A stretch of DNA of 64,000 bases from a virus. Numbering within the stretch: position 1 is the first letter of the stretch; every line of letters starts with the position of its first letter. Shown piece by piece: positions 1 through 10,052 of this stretch. Where the stretch lies: IMG/VR virus record IMGVR_UViG_3300002898_001527; one strand, 5' to 3'. Made by a program: the position numbers and the translations under genes. The notes under the pieces are model-generated. The model saw only the letters and a program-made list of their open reading frames with translations. It did no database searches and was not told where the DNA came from.

Positions 1-1016
1 ATGAATCGTTTTATTTAACTGCAAATACTTGTGCAATTAATGGACAGCAATTTTATAATGTGGCTGAGCCATTCGTTGCCCAATATAGTATTAAACGCCC
101 CAGAAAACTTTATGATGTACCAGGAGAATTTACTTTAACAATAAGTGGAGATCTTTTCCTTCCAATGCTCAATAAAGACGATGGAAATGTTTTTAACCTA
201 AGGAATGAAGCAGGAAGGCTCAATGGAAGCCTAATTATTTTTGATTTTATTTACTATATCCTATTTGGAATGCAACAAACTGGAGAAAAATCATTCTTAA
301 CTGGAAAAAATTCATCTAGTATGCATATTCTAAATTGGATTGTTAATTATATAAAAATGCCAGGACATGTGCTTCCTACTAATTTTTGGTTGCTTACAAA
401 TGCAAATATTAGTATAGATGGCAATTCAGATACAAATGCTACATGGTCACTTACTTTTACTAGTCTAGCCAATAACTTTGTCAAAGTAATTAGTGCAAAT
501 AGCTTTACTCCGCAAAAAGAAATGGAAGAAGCAACAAAAGAAATTGTTATGAGAACAATGAGAACAAGAGATTTTTATGTTAACATTTTAAATAATGCTT
601 ATAATTTGATGCCAATAGTCCGAATGGGACTCGATGCAAACATAAATTGGGAAAAAAAAGCTACCAATTTTTCATATTTTCGTGACAAAAGTGAACCATT
701 TTTGCTAAATCGTTATTTTAGTGCTAACAATGTTTCTTCGAATATGCAACTTTCTTTTATAGGAGAAGTCTCGCATCATTCACTTCTCTCCGGATTTACC
801 TCGCAAACGAAAGCAAATATCCCAGTAGATATTTATGTTGCCGGGAAAGGAAAGGGATTCGAAGCAATAACAAACAATTTAATCATTTTACCGAAAGCCT
901 TTAATGTCACTATGTCTGCTGATTCATTTATTAAATGCGATACAAGTGGGAACATTATAGGTATGAATAATATTTATGATACTAATGAAGCATTTTGGAT
1001 GACTATGGAGACATAA
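1..1016 (+). CDS. Tail-tube-like paralog 1 (5' truncated by window edge)
   Basis: The frame is open from position 3 (ESFYLTANTCAING...) into ORF 60..1016. It shares blocks TLTISGDLFL, LLTNANISID and MRTMRTRDF with six other ORFs in the window. Confidence 0.5.
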   Translation, partial: ESFYLTANTCAINGQQFYNVAEPFVAQYSIKRPRKLYDVPGEFTLTISGDLFLPMLNKDDGNVFNLRNEAGRLNGSLIIFDFIYYILFGMQQTGEKSFLTGKNSSSMHILNWIVNYIKMPGHVLPTNFWLLTNANISIDGNSDTNATWSLTFTSLANNFVKVISANSFTPQKEMEEATKEIVMRTMRTRDFYVNILNNAYNLMPIVRMGLDANINWEKKATNFSYFRDKSEPFLLNRYFSANNVSSNMQLSFIGEVSHHSLLSGFTSQTKANIPVDIYVAGKGKGFEAITNNLIILPKAFNVTMSADSFIKCDTSGNIIGMNNIYDTNEAFWMTMET

Positions 1017-1018
1017 TT

Positions 1019-1735
1019 ATGAATCTAGAACAACTGTATCTTCATGAATGCTATATCGATATAAATAATCCAATGGTTTTATTAACAGAAGAACCAAAGA
1101 ACTCTAAGTGGATTAAATATACACTTAAAGAATTAACTTGGGTAGAATACGATATTATTCAATCAAAATGCATGAAGTTCATCAGAAAATCAAGAGATGA
1201 ATGGACAATTAATGAAGAAAAAATGCAAAAAGAAATCCTTAAAAAATCATTGCAAACTATTGAAACAAGTGACAAAATTATTTATCATGAAAATTTAACT
1301 AGTTATTTATCATATGAAAATGCGACGCTACTTTATCAATACTATATTAATAATTGTTTGCTTACTGAAGCAGATATTCTAGGACTCGATGAACAAGTTA
1401 AATACTATATGGATAAAGATAAAATTAATATGATCAAACCACCATACAATCGAATGATAATTATTCTCGACCTCATTCGACATTTCGGATCATTAACTAT
1501 CAATGATATTCTTTCACTTTCTAAAAAAGATTTAGATACTTTATATATTCTCGGAAGAAGTGGCATTGGCTGGACAGCAAGCAACTTATCTAATTCAGTA
1601 AAAGGAACAATAACTAATACTCCAGGAGAAGCATTAATTCGAGGCATTTCTGAGCAAGAAGAAGAAATATTGCGACAAAAACACAATCTAGTACTAGACA
1701 ATCTAGATAAAATTATGAACAAAGGAAAAGAATAA
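1019..1735 (+). CDS. Hypothetical protein, possible tail assembly chaperone
   Basis: GGAG precedes ATG at 1019 (the ORF track starts at 995). The YTLKELTWVEY..I pattern and the position after a tube-like gene are typical of tail assembly chaperones. Confidence 0.4.
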   Translation: MNLEQLYLHECYIDINNPMVLLTEEPKNSKWIKYTLKELTWVEYDIIQSKCMKFIRKSRDEWTINEEKMQKEILKKSLQTIETSDKIIYHENLTSYLSYENATLLYQYYINNCLLTEADILGLDEQVKYYMDKDKINMIKPPYNRMIIILDLIRHFGSLTINDILSLSKKDLDTLYILGRSGIGWTASNLSNSVKGTITNTPGEALIRGISEQEEEILRQKHNLVLDNLDKIMNKGKE

Positions 1736-4029
1736 TGCCTCGTTTAAATTCAATAGAAATAAAAAAAGTTGGATTTAGCGCCCTCCCTGATAAATTAATG
1801 ACACAAAGACTCATTGGAAGCGGAATAATTCCGCCTGAAATGTTCACTAGCGCAGGAGATATTTCTATTCCGGAAATCTCAATTGATGAAGAAGAAGCCA
1901 AAGAAGACATAGCAAAAGAAGAAATGCAAAGACTCTCAAAAATTATGGCAATCGGAAATGTTATTGGTGGAGTCACCGAGGAAGAACCAGAGATTGATGA
2001 ATTTTTCGAGGAGCCAACGCAAAAAGAAATAACAGAACGAATCGTTGAGAAAATTATTGAAAAAAATATTGTTTCTCAAGAGAAAATTGAGCAAATTGTC
2101 CAAAATTTCATTTTACAAGAACAAACGCAGAATAAAATACATATAACAAACGAACAACAGGAGACAATTGTTCAAAACATTTTTCAAAATATTCAACCAG
2201 AAGCAACAAAACAAATTTTTACAAATTATATTTCATCAGTAGTGCAACCAGAAATAATTAGAGAAATTGTTTCGGAAAGCCTTGCATCTGCACCACAATT
2301 GCCTACAGTTGTCACAGAAATGCCTGAAATATCAGAAACAATTATCCCCACAGTACCTGAACAAGAAAGACATGTACAACAAATCAAAGAAGAAATCATC
2401 AAGGAAATTACAGGAGAAACAATTGTAGAAAGCATAGAAAAACAAATTTCTACGGAAGCAACGGAAACAATTGTTGAAAAACTCATAGAAAAAAACATTA
2501 TTTCACAAGAACAAATGCAAAACATTGTCCAAAACATTATTCAACAAAATATAACTACAGAAAACATTTTTCAAAACATTCAACCCGAACAAATTGAACA
2601 AATTGTCCAAAATTTCATCTCAATTACTATGCAACCAGAAATAATTAGGGAAATTGTTTTAGAAAGCCTCATAGATGCCCCTCATTTGCCCATATTTGCC
2701 ACAGGAGAGCCTGTGAGGACAATAGAAGGTCTTCCCGCACAAGAAGAAAGAAAGGCGCTCCTAGAGCCTTTAAAGGCCAAATCTGAAGCAATTCCAGAGA
2801 AGCCTGTAACAGTTGGAGAAATTGAGAAAATTGACACAGATGGTGCTCCATTAATTTGGGAAAATCCTATTTTACAAAATTTAGTTGGGGGAGTTGGGGA
2901 AACAGAAATAAATGCTACGGAGGATACTTTTGGGAACTACGGGGACATAATTTTAAATGAAATTTTAGAAAATCATAGTGTAGCCCACGGTGATATAATT
3001 TTCAATGAACAAAATGTAGAAAATATAAATCAATTTATTAGTGGCGAGACTACAGTTCGAGAAACAATGAATAATTTCTTAGAAAAACAAATTCCAGATA
3101 GTGCTCCTATTGGCATTGTTGAAGAAAAAACTCAAGAACAGGCACAGTTATTGCAAACCATTAATGAGATAATTAACAAAAGCACAACTGTGCATAATGT
3201 TAATAATATAACTGCGATACAAGAAATTATTAATAAATTTACAGATATAAATATGAGTAACGATAATGTCCAGAATATTATCAATTTATTATCTGAAAAC
3301 AATGTAGAAAATATAAATGAATTCTTAAATTCAACTGAATTTTCGAGCATCAAGAATGAAAATATTCTACAAATTTTATCAGATCGAACAATTTTAAACA
3401 ATAATGCGATTTTTAATTCATTTATTGGCTCGAATGTTGAATTTATTCCAGAGAGCAAAGAAATTCCGACATATACGAAGGACATAAATGAATCAATTTC
3501 AAGTGGTTTCGGCAATGTCAATGAAATTTATCAAAAAGCAGTCACAGATAGACGAGAAGAAATCAAAAACATTGTCCAAAGAATTTTTGAACCGATAGGC
3601 ATAGTTTCCCCGAAGGAAGAGATAGAGACATATTATCCGGAAGAAAAAGAAGAAACTTCTTCAACAATAACATATGAGGACTTTAAGGAAGATGTCCAAC
3701 AATATAGCCCAGATATATCTGAAACAATTATTAAAAAACAGTATGATAATTATTTGCTTCGGCAAGAGACGATTCAAACAATTAATGAGAAAATTGAGCC
3801 TGCGGAAATTCAAGCCAGAGGCGATGAATTAAGAAATGAATATGAAAGAGAAAATAATCAAACCAATATTAATATATTAGAATTAATTCAATCGGAAGAA
3901 TTTAAATATTTACTTAAAAAATATGTTTTATTCAATTATAAGACATCAGAAGAAGTTGAAGAAGCAATAGATGATAAAATAAATAAATATAATAAAGCAT
4001 TAGGGCTAGATCTAGATGGGAAATTATAA
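1735..4029 (+). CDS. Acidic E/I/Q/N-rich protein with internal duplication
   Basis: 764 aa ORF, translationally coupled (TAATG) to both neighbours. Duplicated blocks IVEKxIEKNIxSQE, NIFQNIQPE and QPEIIREIVxESL. Confidence 0.6.
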   Translation: MPRLNSIEIKKVGFSALPDKLMTQRLIGSGIIPPEMFTSAGDISIPEISIDEEEAKEDIAKEEMQRLSKIMAIGNVIGGVTEEEPEIDEFFEEPTQKEITERIVEKIIEKNIVSQEKIEQIVQNFILQEQTQNKIHITNEQQETIVQNIFQNIQPEATKQIFTNYISSVVQPEIIREIVSESLASAPQLPTVVTEMPEISETIIPTVPEQERHVQQIKEEIIKEITGETIVESIEKQISTEATETIVEKLIEKNIISQEQMQNIVQNIIQQNITTENIFQNIQPEQIEQIVQNFISITMQPEIIREIVLESLIDAPHLPIFATGEPVRTIEGLPAQEERKALLEPLKAKSEAIPEKPVTVGEIEKIDTDGAPLIWENPILQNLVGGVGETEINATEDTFGNYGDIILNEILENHSVAHGDIIFNEQNVENINQFISGETTVRETMNNFLEKQIPDSAPIGIVEEKTQEQAQLLQTINEIINKSTTVHNVNNITAIQEIINKFTDINMSNDNVQNIINLLSENNVENINEFLNSTEFSSIKNENILQILSDRTILNNNAIFNSFIGSNVEFIPESKEIPTYTKDINESISSGFGNVNEIYQKAVTDRREEIKNIVQRIFEPIGIVSPKEEIETYYPEEKEETSSTITYEDFKEDVQQYSPDISETIIKKQYDNYLLRQETIQTINEKIEPAEIQARGDELRNEYERENNQTNINILELIQSEEFKYLLKKYVLFNYKTSEEVEEAIDDKINKYNKALGLDLDGKL

Positions 4030-7000
4030 TGTCGAATGAATTTTCAATGAGGACTGGCCCTTGGTGGCCTAATAATTTGCCGCCAGAATTCGCATCACTC
4101 GGTGTTATTGGGGTTGAGTCTCCTTCTTCAATTAATTTATATGCATCGCCTCTGTGTTATGCGGGCGGTAGTTGTTTAATTTTAAAACCGAAGGATAATG
4201 ATCCATTTCCAGTTCTTGGTGGCAATACTGATATTATTTTGTCACATATTTCTACAAAGGGAAATTATGAAGGAATATGCGAAGGCACTAAGGTTACGAA
4301 GAATCATCATCGAAATTATTTATGGAATATAATTGCCAATAGTTTAGATATTTTTGCAGGCAAAAATGAAATTTATCGCAAGATAGCTGAAAATATGCAT
4401 GATATTATTGGCGTCCCGAACATTATGTATCAGCACGAAGGTTTAAATATACATATTTCCGATGGACAGAAAATTACCGGAGTCATTCTTGAATATTCGA
4501 TGCAAATTTCAAATAGTTATTTCGCGCTTGAAGATCAATTCGGACAAACACATTTAGTCACTGGGAATGATATTCTTGCTGAATATTATGAAGTTTGGCG
4601 AGAAGCAATGGATTACAGAAGATATATTTTTAAGCAATACATAGAATCTGGACAAATAGAAGTTACAATTCCAGGAACCGATGCAACTACCACTATAATC
4701 CCAGATTTACCTTTCCAGCCGTGGCAATTAATAGGGCATGTGCCCAACAAAGTAAAAACGAATTCCGGCTTTCATAATTATTTTTATCCTCTCGAAGAAG
4801 GAAGAGTGCCACTATCTTTTCTCGATATAGTTCCAACGACTTCTGGAATTATAGTCTCAAAAGATAAAAACATTTCATGGGATACAAGAAGTTCATTAAC
4901 TGCAAGCCTTCCTAAACTTTTCGAATTCTCTGATCAGCGTCCATATGATTGGGTTCATATTGGTCTTATGTATTCAGTTCACAAGGGCATAGACATACAA
5001 GAATGGAAACCTAGGACCCAATATGGCAATGGAGATAGAGTCACATATAGGGGAAATGTTTATCGAGCAATTAAAAGCTTCATAAGCGGAGAACGTTTCG
5101 ATCCAGCCAATTGGGTTAGAGATAAATCCGGAAATCATGGGCGAGATTTTTGGAATATCGAATCTCGGATGCATGCTCTTGAATTTAAACCTGGAACTTA
5201 TATAAACAATATGTATGCTGGGACTCCGGACGCGGGGACACTTAAAGATGCAGTTGGATATTGGTATGATGTTGCGATTCTTCCCGCATATATGGTTTTT
5301 CCTGAAATTTATCAGTGCATTGTTGGCTTTGGAGAGGCCTGGGATTGGGTTTCATTAAATAAGAATGTTTCCCCGAAATCGATGGCAATGCGAAGAGCCA
5401 TTTTAGACAAAGATTTCATGTCGGTTAATATTAATAAGATGTTTTTAACTTCCGGAAATAAAAGAAATGCTGTTCCATCTTTGCCGTTGCCATCTACAGA
5501 CATGATATATTTTGCATTGTTCGAAATTACTTCGAAATTTATGCAGGGACTTGGCTGGGAGGGTGCTGTCCCAGTAGGAACTGTTGCATTTTATGTTCCA
5601 GAGACAGAGGGACACACTGTTCCAGGCTATCGTGGTCCGAATATTAGCGCGAGGCTATATCATCCAATTTATCATGACGAAGGTTTCGCACATGAATTGA
5701 GCATTAAAACAGTTTGGTTCGCCCAGGACTTAGTTTTTATGTTTCGAGCAGGAAGCACTGGGATGTTTGGTGGCCTCTATGCAACAATCGGCGCAACGAC
5801 TGGATATATGCCAATTTGGATGGTTACGATGCTTAGTGTTTCCCCGGGATTAATTGGGTTCAATGAAAAATTATTTTGGAATCCAGTTTTTCGCGGCTCA
5901 ATTGAGAACGGATACGGCGAGGGAACATTGGTTCATCATGCCGATTCATTTAACTTCATAGACAATAGGTTTGGACAAAAAATTAGGGCAAAAAAGACAT
6001 TGACTCGGCCGGAGAGTGGTGGCTGGTCTACACATTTATCAATTGACAAAGACATCTTTGTCAATGAAGACGAAGAAAGTGGAATAATTTCAAACAATGG
6101 CCCTAGTGTTTATCATCTTGGACAAACATCAGAGATTTTCGGCTTCACTGCTCCATTTTCTAAAAGAGGCGAGAAGAACTACACACCAAACAATGGGCTT
6201 GGATTATGGAATTTAGGAAGCATTAAATTTTTCGCCGACGGAAGTAGTCATATGATTGGCCGAGGGCAACTAAAAATAAAAATTAAGGCGAGAACACTAT
6301 ATCCAGAGAATCAAGCTAAATTAGAATTTAGATTTTTTCTAGTAGATGTTGCAAAGTTTGCAAATCGTTGCCCCGATGGTTTTTTCAATAATCATCACTA
6401 CTGGGAAACTCAAATTATAGAAAATGAAAATATGGCTGGAAAATATGAACTATCATTTAAATTATCCAGAGGACAATCGGCAGAGAATGATGAGGAGGAA
6501 TCCGATACAACTACGCCGAATGCAGCGGGATACACAGTTTTTTGGAATGACCGCAATAAAGATGAGAAAATACTTAAAAGCGAAGGCAGAGATGGCCTAT
6601 TTACTACTAATTTTTCCGATGCTGCGAATGAAATAAATTTAACATTTTTATTAGATTTATTTGACAAAGAAAACAAATTATATACCGAAGACAATAGTTG
6701 GAGAGCAGATGAATTCTTTGATTTGGGTGCAGGAGGAGTAAACGGATTACAATTATACATGCATGTTAGTGCATGGTCAGATACAATAAATATGGAGCCA
6801 CCTGAATTAGATGAAAAATTCCTTGATTTATATTTATTTGATTTTGAAGGATATTCTAAGATTCAGCCAGGGGATTACGTAGAAACAAGTGGCATAGAAA
6901 AAACAGAGTCAGCTAAAATTAATGAGTTTCAAGAAAAGTTTAAAAAACAATATAATACTATTCTTTTATATGTCGGCGACAATGATTTTAATATTAGTCT

Positions 7001-10000
7001 TCCTATTTATAAAATTCAATCAGATACGCATGGCCTTTCACAATTTTATAGAACAGTTTTTCGCGACAAAGGCAATATTGACTTTGATACAATTGGGGTT
7101 TTAAAATCATATGTCTCCCCAGTTATTCAGACAGCGATGATGAATAGTAGTACGAAATTGCTTTATAAAGGCAGGGTAGTTCGAGACATGCGATCAGCCG
7201 AGTATCCAGTTATACCATTGCTTTCTAAGGATTTAATCAAAGAACCAAAATACGTCTCAGGATATCCTGGCTATTTTTTGTTAGTTGTTTCTAATTTTAC
7301 GGAAGAAGAAATTAAAACTGGAGAAATTAATAGCATTCATTTATTAAAAGATGAGAAATTCACATCTATATTGCATTTAGCATCGAGGAACCTTAGAAAT
7401 TCTTCTGATTTCGTTACATACGATAATTTAATAGAAAACTTATTCATGCGTGGCGATGACAAAACAAAATTTAAACTAAAAATTAATTTAAATGATTCTT
7501 TTATTTATGATAGAGAAGGCAGAAGAATAGATGAAATTGATGAAAAATTAATTGGATGTTATGTTCATATTACCTATTTCGTTACTGAAAACAATCCACA
7601 GACTACACTTCTCGGACCAATATTTGCACCAATTGTTTCATACAAGAATAATATTTTAGACATAGACCTTGGAAGTCCTCAGGCAAATATTACTTTATTG
7701 GGAAGCGGTAAAATATGCGTTAAAATTCTTCCAATTTTAATTAAAAATACTTCGAAAGCTTCTGGGGCTGCATTAAAATGCAAATCAATCGAAGTATATG
7801 CGGAGATCAAAAAAGGAGAGACAACAACGGAGCAAAGATCTCCATTTGGGGTAATAGATGTTTCGAGGGGCCTCAGTAAGTCAACGAATCCAGGATTACA
7901 TTATTATCGAGGACTACCAGTCCTTGGCTACGGTGGAGCTAAGAAAAGCTATGGATCCAGTTCAGCCACGGAACTGGGAATTTATATTACAAAAGATGTG
8001 CTCGATAAATTCATTATTATTGATGAAAAATCGGATGTCAGTTTTTCCATATTAATTGCTAGCCCAATAATTAATGTCAATCTTAAACAAAAATATGGCT
8101 ATGCGATGGATATTTCTTCTGCGTCGACATTTTCTCAGGCATTTATTGTTCTTAGAGATAGCGGCGGAAGCCAGGGTATTTATTCAGGACTCGGTGGAGG
8201 TTTTGATCCAATAACTGGTATGACTATGACTTCTGCGATAACTGATTTATCTACCAGAGAGGTTAAACTTTTTCAATCTCCTGGATATGCTGGGCCTCTT
8301 CAAGTAGCAAGCATTAAATTGGATGGCAATGCACAAAAGACAATTCTTGCTGACTATACTACAACTGTAACGAATGACACAATTAATCAGAATTTTAATA
8401 CTGGAATTCGATCGAGTGTTATTTTCTCAGTTGATAATACAGGAATGGATCCTGGCCATGCAATTATTAAAGCAGCAATGTATAACCCACAGACTGGAGA
8501 AGTTATGCCACCTACAATTCCTAGACAATATACGGAAGAGGGATTCACAGAAGAACATTCGATTGTCCTTAGAGATATAGATTATATTACCGCAAAGACA
8601 AGCACATTTGGTGCCGGATGCTTTGTAGTTGGATTGCATACAACTGGGGGATTAACATTTGCCTCTTTCAACATTAATAACATGCCGGATACTTTCCCAA
8701 TTCATATCGAAGGCCCGATTCCCGATACAAGAGACGAATCCAAAGGATATGGAAAGCTAGATGGGAATGTGATCATTAATTCTTGGCCATTTAATCCAGC
8801 GAGAAGAGGCTATGTTGATCCAGTTAGTAATTCACTGGCAAGCGCATCTACTATTCCAATGCTTGACAAGAAAAATTATCAAAGTGTAACATTGGGTTAT
8901 ACAAAAAATCAAAAAGACAGTGCGAATGCGATACGAGCAAGCAAGGCACAATTGACAAACATTCCACCCAATATGCCCGATGGATGGGGAATAGAGAGAG
9001 CTACGCCAGTTATTTTAACTGGTCCTCGCGGGGAGATTATTTTATTCTTTAAATATGCGAGGGACTACGCTGGTTCGCTTTTATCTCCCTTCATTGGCAG
9101 AATATATGCGATGATGTCGAATAATCGAGGAGAATCATGGACTCCCCCAACATGTATTTTTAGTTTGAGCCCATTTTATCCTCGGGAAGATATTGGCGAT
9201 TTTTCATTCATAGATATAGATGTAAAAGAAATGGATGGTGGATTTAATTTTGGATTTTCCGAATATAATCCATATCCTACATTGAAACCGCTACAATCAT
9301 TGTCTCCCGATGAATTCGACAATATTTCTATAAATGAATTTGATATTACTTATGTGCATGAATTATCATCATATTTACTTAGTTTTTGGTTAGATGGTTT
9401 CATTTGTTATACAAATATTACTCAGTCTGTCAGATATTTATATAAAATGAATAGGATGATGAAAGGTAGCAAATTTAGAGGGACCGAAACATATCCCTGG
9501 TATTCTCCTAAATATGAAAAGATTTATACTGAGGCTTGGTCTGGTAAAATTAAATATCCATATACTTGGAGATTTTGGTATCCAGAAGTATTTATGCCAA
9601 TACATATAGTTGCGGGGAATATCGATTCTCTTGGAGATGACGATGGATCATTTGTTCCAACCTTATCTATTGATGGCCCGGGTAGTTTTTTACTAAAGGC
9701 ATATTCGAATTTATTTTTAAGGGAAAGAGATATAAGAAAGTTAGATGAAGACTGGAATACTTATTTTCCTCCTGGTATAATAGTAGGCATGACGCCCAGG
9801 AACATAAATAATGAAATAGATGCAGTAAAAATAGCTAAATTCGGAGTTCCACAAATAAAACAAAAACCATCAATTACATATGAACCAGATGGAGGACAAA
9901 TAATTTTACAATTTGCATCGCCGGATGGTAGATTTGCTCACATGCCATGCGCTCTTTCTGGCAATGAGCCAAGATCACCTTATCATCCAGCAGAAATAGA

Positions 10001-10040
10001 ATCAATAATGTTTAGTAGCACTAATGAAGAGTTACTTTAA
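4029..10040 (+). CDS. Large virion protein (tail/baseplate or adhesin) with CBM5/12-like module and Asp-box
   Basis: 2003 aa. WKPRTQYGNGDRVTYRGNVYRA...NW (5004-5114) matches the chitin-binding CBM5/12 pattern. SNNRGESW (9117-9140) resembles a BNR/Asp-box. Confidence 0.55.
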   Translation: MSNEFSMRTGPWWPNNLPPEFASLGVIGVESPSSINLYASPLCYAGGSCLILKPKDNDPFPVLGGNTDIILSHISTKGNYEGICEGTKVTKNHHRNYLWNIIANSLDIFAGKNEIYRKIAENMHDIIGVPNIMYQHEGLNIHISDGQKITGVILEYSMQISNSYFALEDQFGQTHLVTGNDILAEYYEVWREAMDYRRYIFKQYIESGQIEVTIPGTDATTTIIPDLPFQPWQLIGHVPNKVKTNSGFHNYFYPLEEGRVPLSFLDIVPTTSGIIVSKDKNISWDTRSSLTASLPKLFEFSDQRPYDWVHIGLMYSVHKGIDIQEWKPRTQYGNGDRVTYRGNVYRAIKSFISGERFDPANWVRDKSGNHGRDFWNIESRMHALEFKPGTYINNMYAGTPDAGTLKDAVGYWYDVAILPAYMVFPEIYQCIVGFGEAWDWVSLNKNVSPKSMAMRRAILDKDFMSVNINKMFLTSGNKRNAVPSLPLPSTDMIYFALFEITSKFMQGLGWEGAVPVGTVAFYVPETEGHTVPGYRGPNISARLYHPIYHDEGFAHELSIKTVWFAQDLVFMFRAGSTGMFGGLYATIGATTGYMPIWMVTMLSVSPGLIGFNEKLFWNPVFRGSIENGYGEGTLVHHADSFNFIDNRFGQKIRAKKTLTRPESGGWSTHLSIDKDIFVNEDEESGIISNNGPSVYHLGQTSEIFGFTAPFSKRGEKNYTPNNGLGLWNLGSIKFFADGSSHMIGRGQLKIKIKARTLYPENQAKLEFRFFLVDVAKFANRCPDGFFNNHHYWETQIIENENMAGKYELSFKLSRGQSAENDEEESDTTTPNAAGYTVFWNDRNKDEKILKSEGRDGLFTTNFSDAANEINLTFLLDLFDKENKLYTEDNSWRADEFFDLGAGGVNGLQLYMHVSAWSDTINMEPPELDEKFLDLYLFDFEGYSKIQPGDYVETSGIEKTESAKINEFQEKFKKQYNTILLYVGDNDFNISLPIYKIQSDTHGLSQFYRTVFRDKGNIDFDTIGVLKSYVSPVIQTAMMNSSTKLLYKGRVVRDMRSAEYPVIPLLSKDLIKEPKYVSGYPGYFLLVVSNFTEEEIKTGEINSIHLLKDEKFTSILHLASRNLRNSSDFVTYDNLIENLFMRGDDKTKFKLKINLNDSFIYDREGRRIDEIDEKLIGCYVHITYFVTENNPQTTLLGPIFAPIVSYKNNILDIDLGSPQANITLLGSGKICVKILPILIKNTSKASGAALKCKSIEVYAEIKKGETTTEQRSPFGVIDVSRGLSKSTNPGLHYYRGLPVLGYGGAKKSYGSSSATELGIYITKDVLDKFIIIDEKSDVSFSILIASPIINVNLKQKYGYAMDISSASTFSQAFIVLRDSGGSQGIYSGLGGGFDPITGMTMTSAITDLSTREVKLFQSPGYAGPLQVASIKLDGNAQKTILADYTTTVTNDTINQNFNTGIRSSVIFSVDNTGMDPGHAIIKAAMYNPQTGEVMPPTIPRQYTEEGFTEEHSIVLRDIDYITAKTSTFGAGCFVVGLHTTGGLTFASFNINNMPDTFPIHIEGPIPDTRDESKGYGKLDGNVIINSWPFNPARRGYVDPVSNSLASASTIPMLDKKNYQSVTLGYTKNQKDSANAIRASKAQLTNIPPNMPDGWGIERATPVILTGPRGEIILFFKYARDYAGSLLSPFIGRIYAMMSNNRGESWTPPTCIFSLSPFYPREDIGDFSFIDIDVKEMDGGFNFGFSEYNPYPTLKPLQSLSPDEFDNISINEFDITYVHELSSYLLSFWLDGFICYTNITQSVRYLYKMNRMMKGSKFRGTETYPWYSPKYEKIYTEAWSGKIKYPYTWRFWYPEVFMPIHIVAGNIDSLGDDDGSFVPTLSIDGPGSFLLKAYSNLFLRERDIRKLDEDWNTYFPPGIIVGMTPRNINNEIDAVKIAKFGVPQIKQKPSITYEPDGGQIILQFASPDGRFAHMPCALSGNEPRSPYHPAEIESIMFSSTNEELL

Positions 10041-10052
10041 AGGAGGAAAAAT

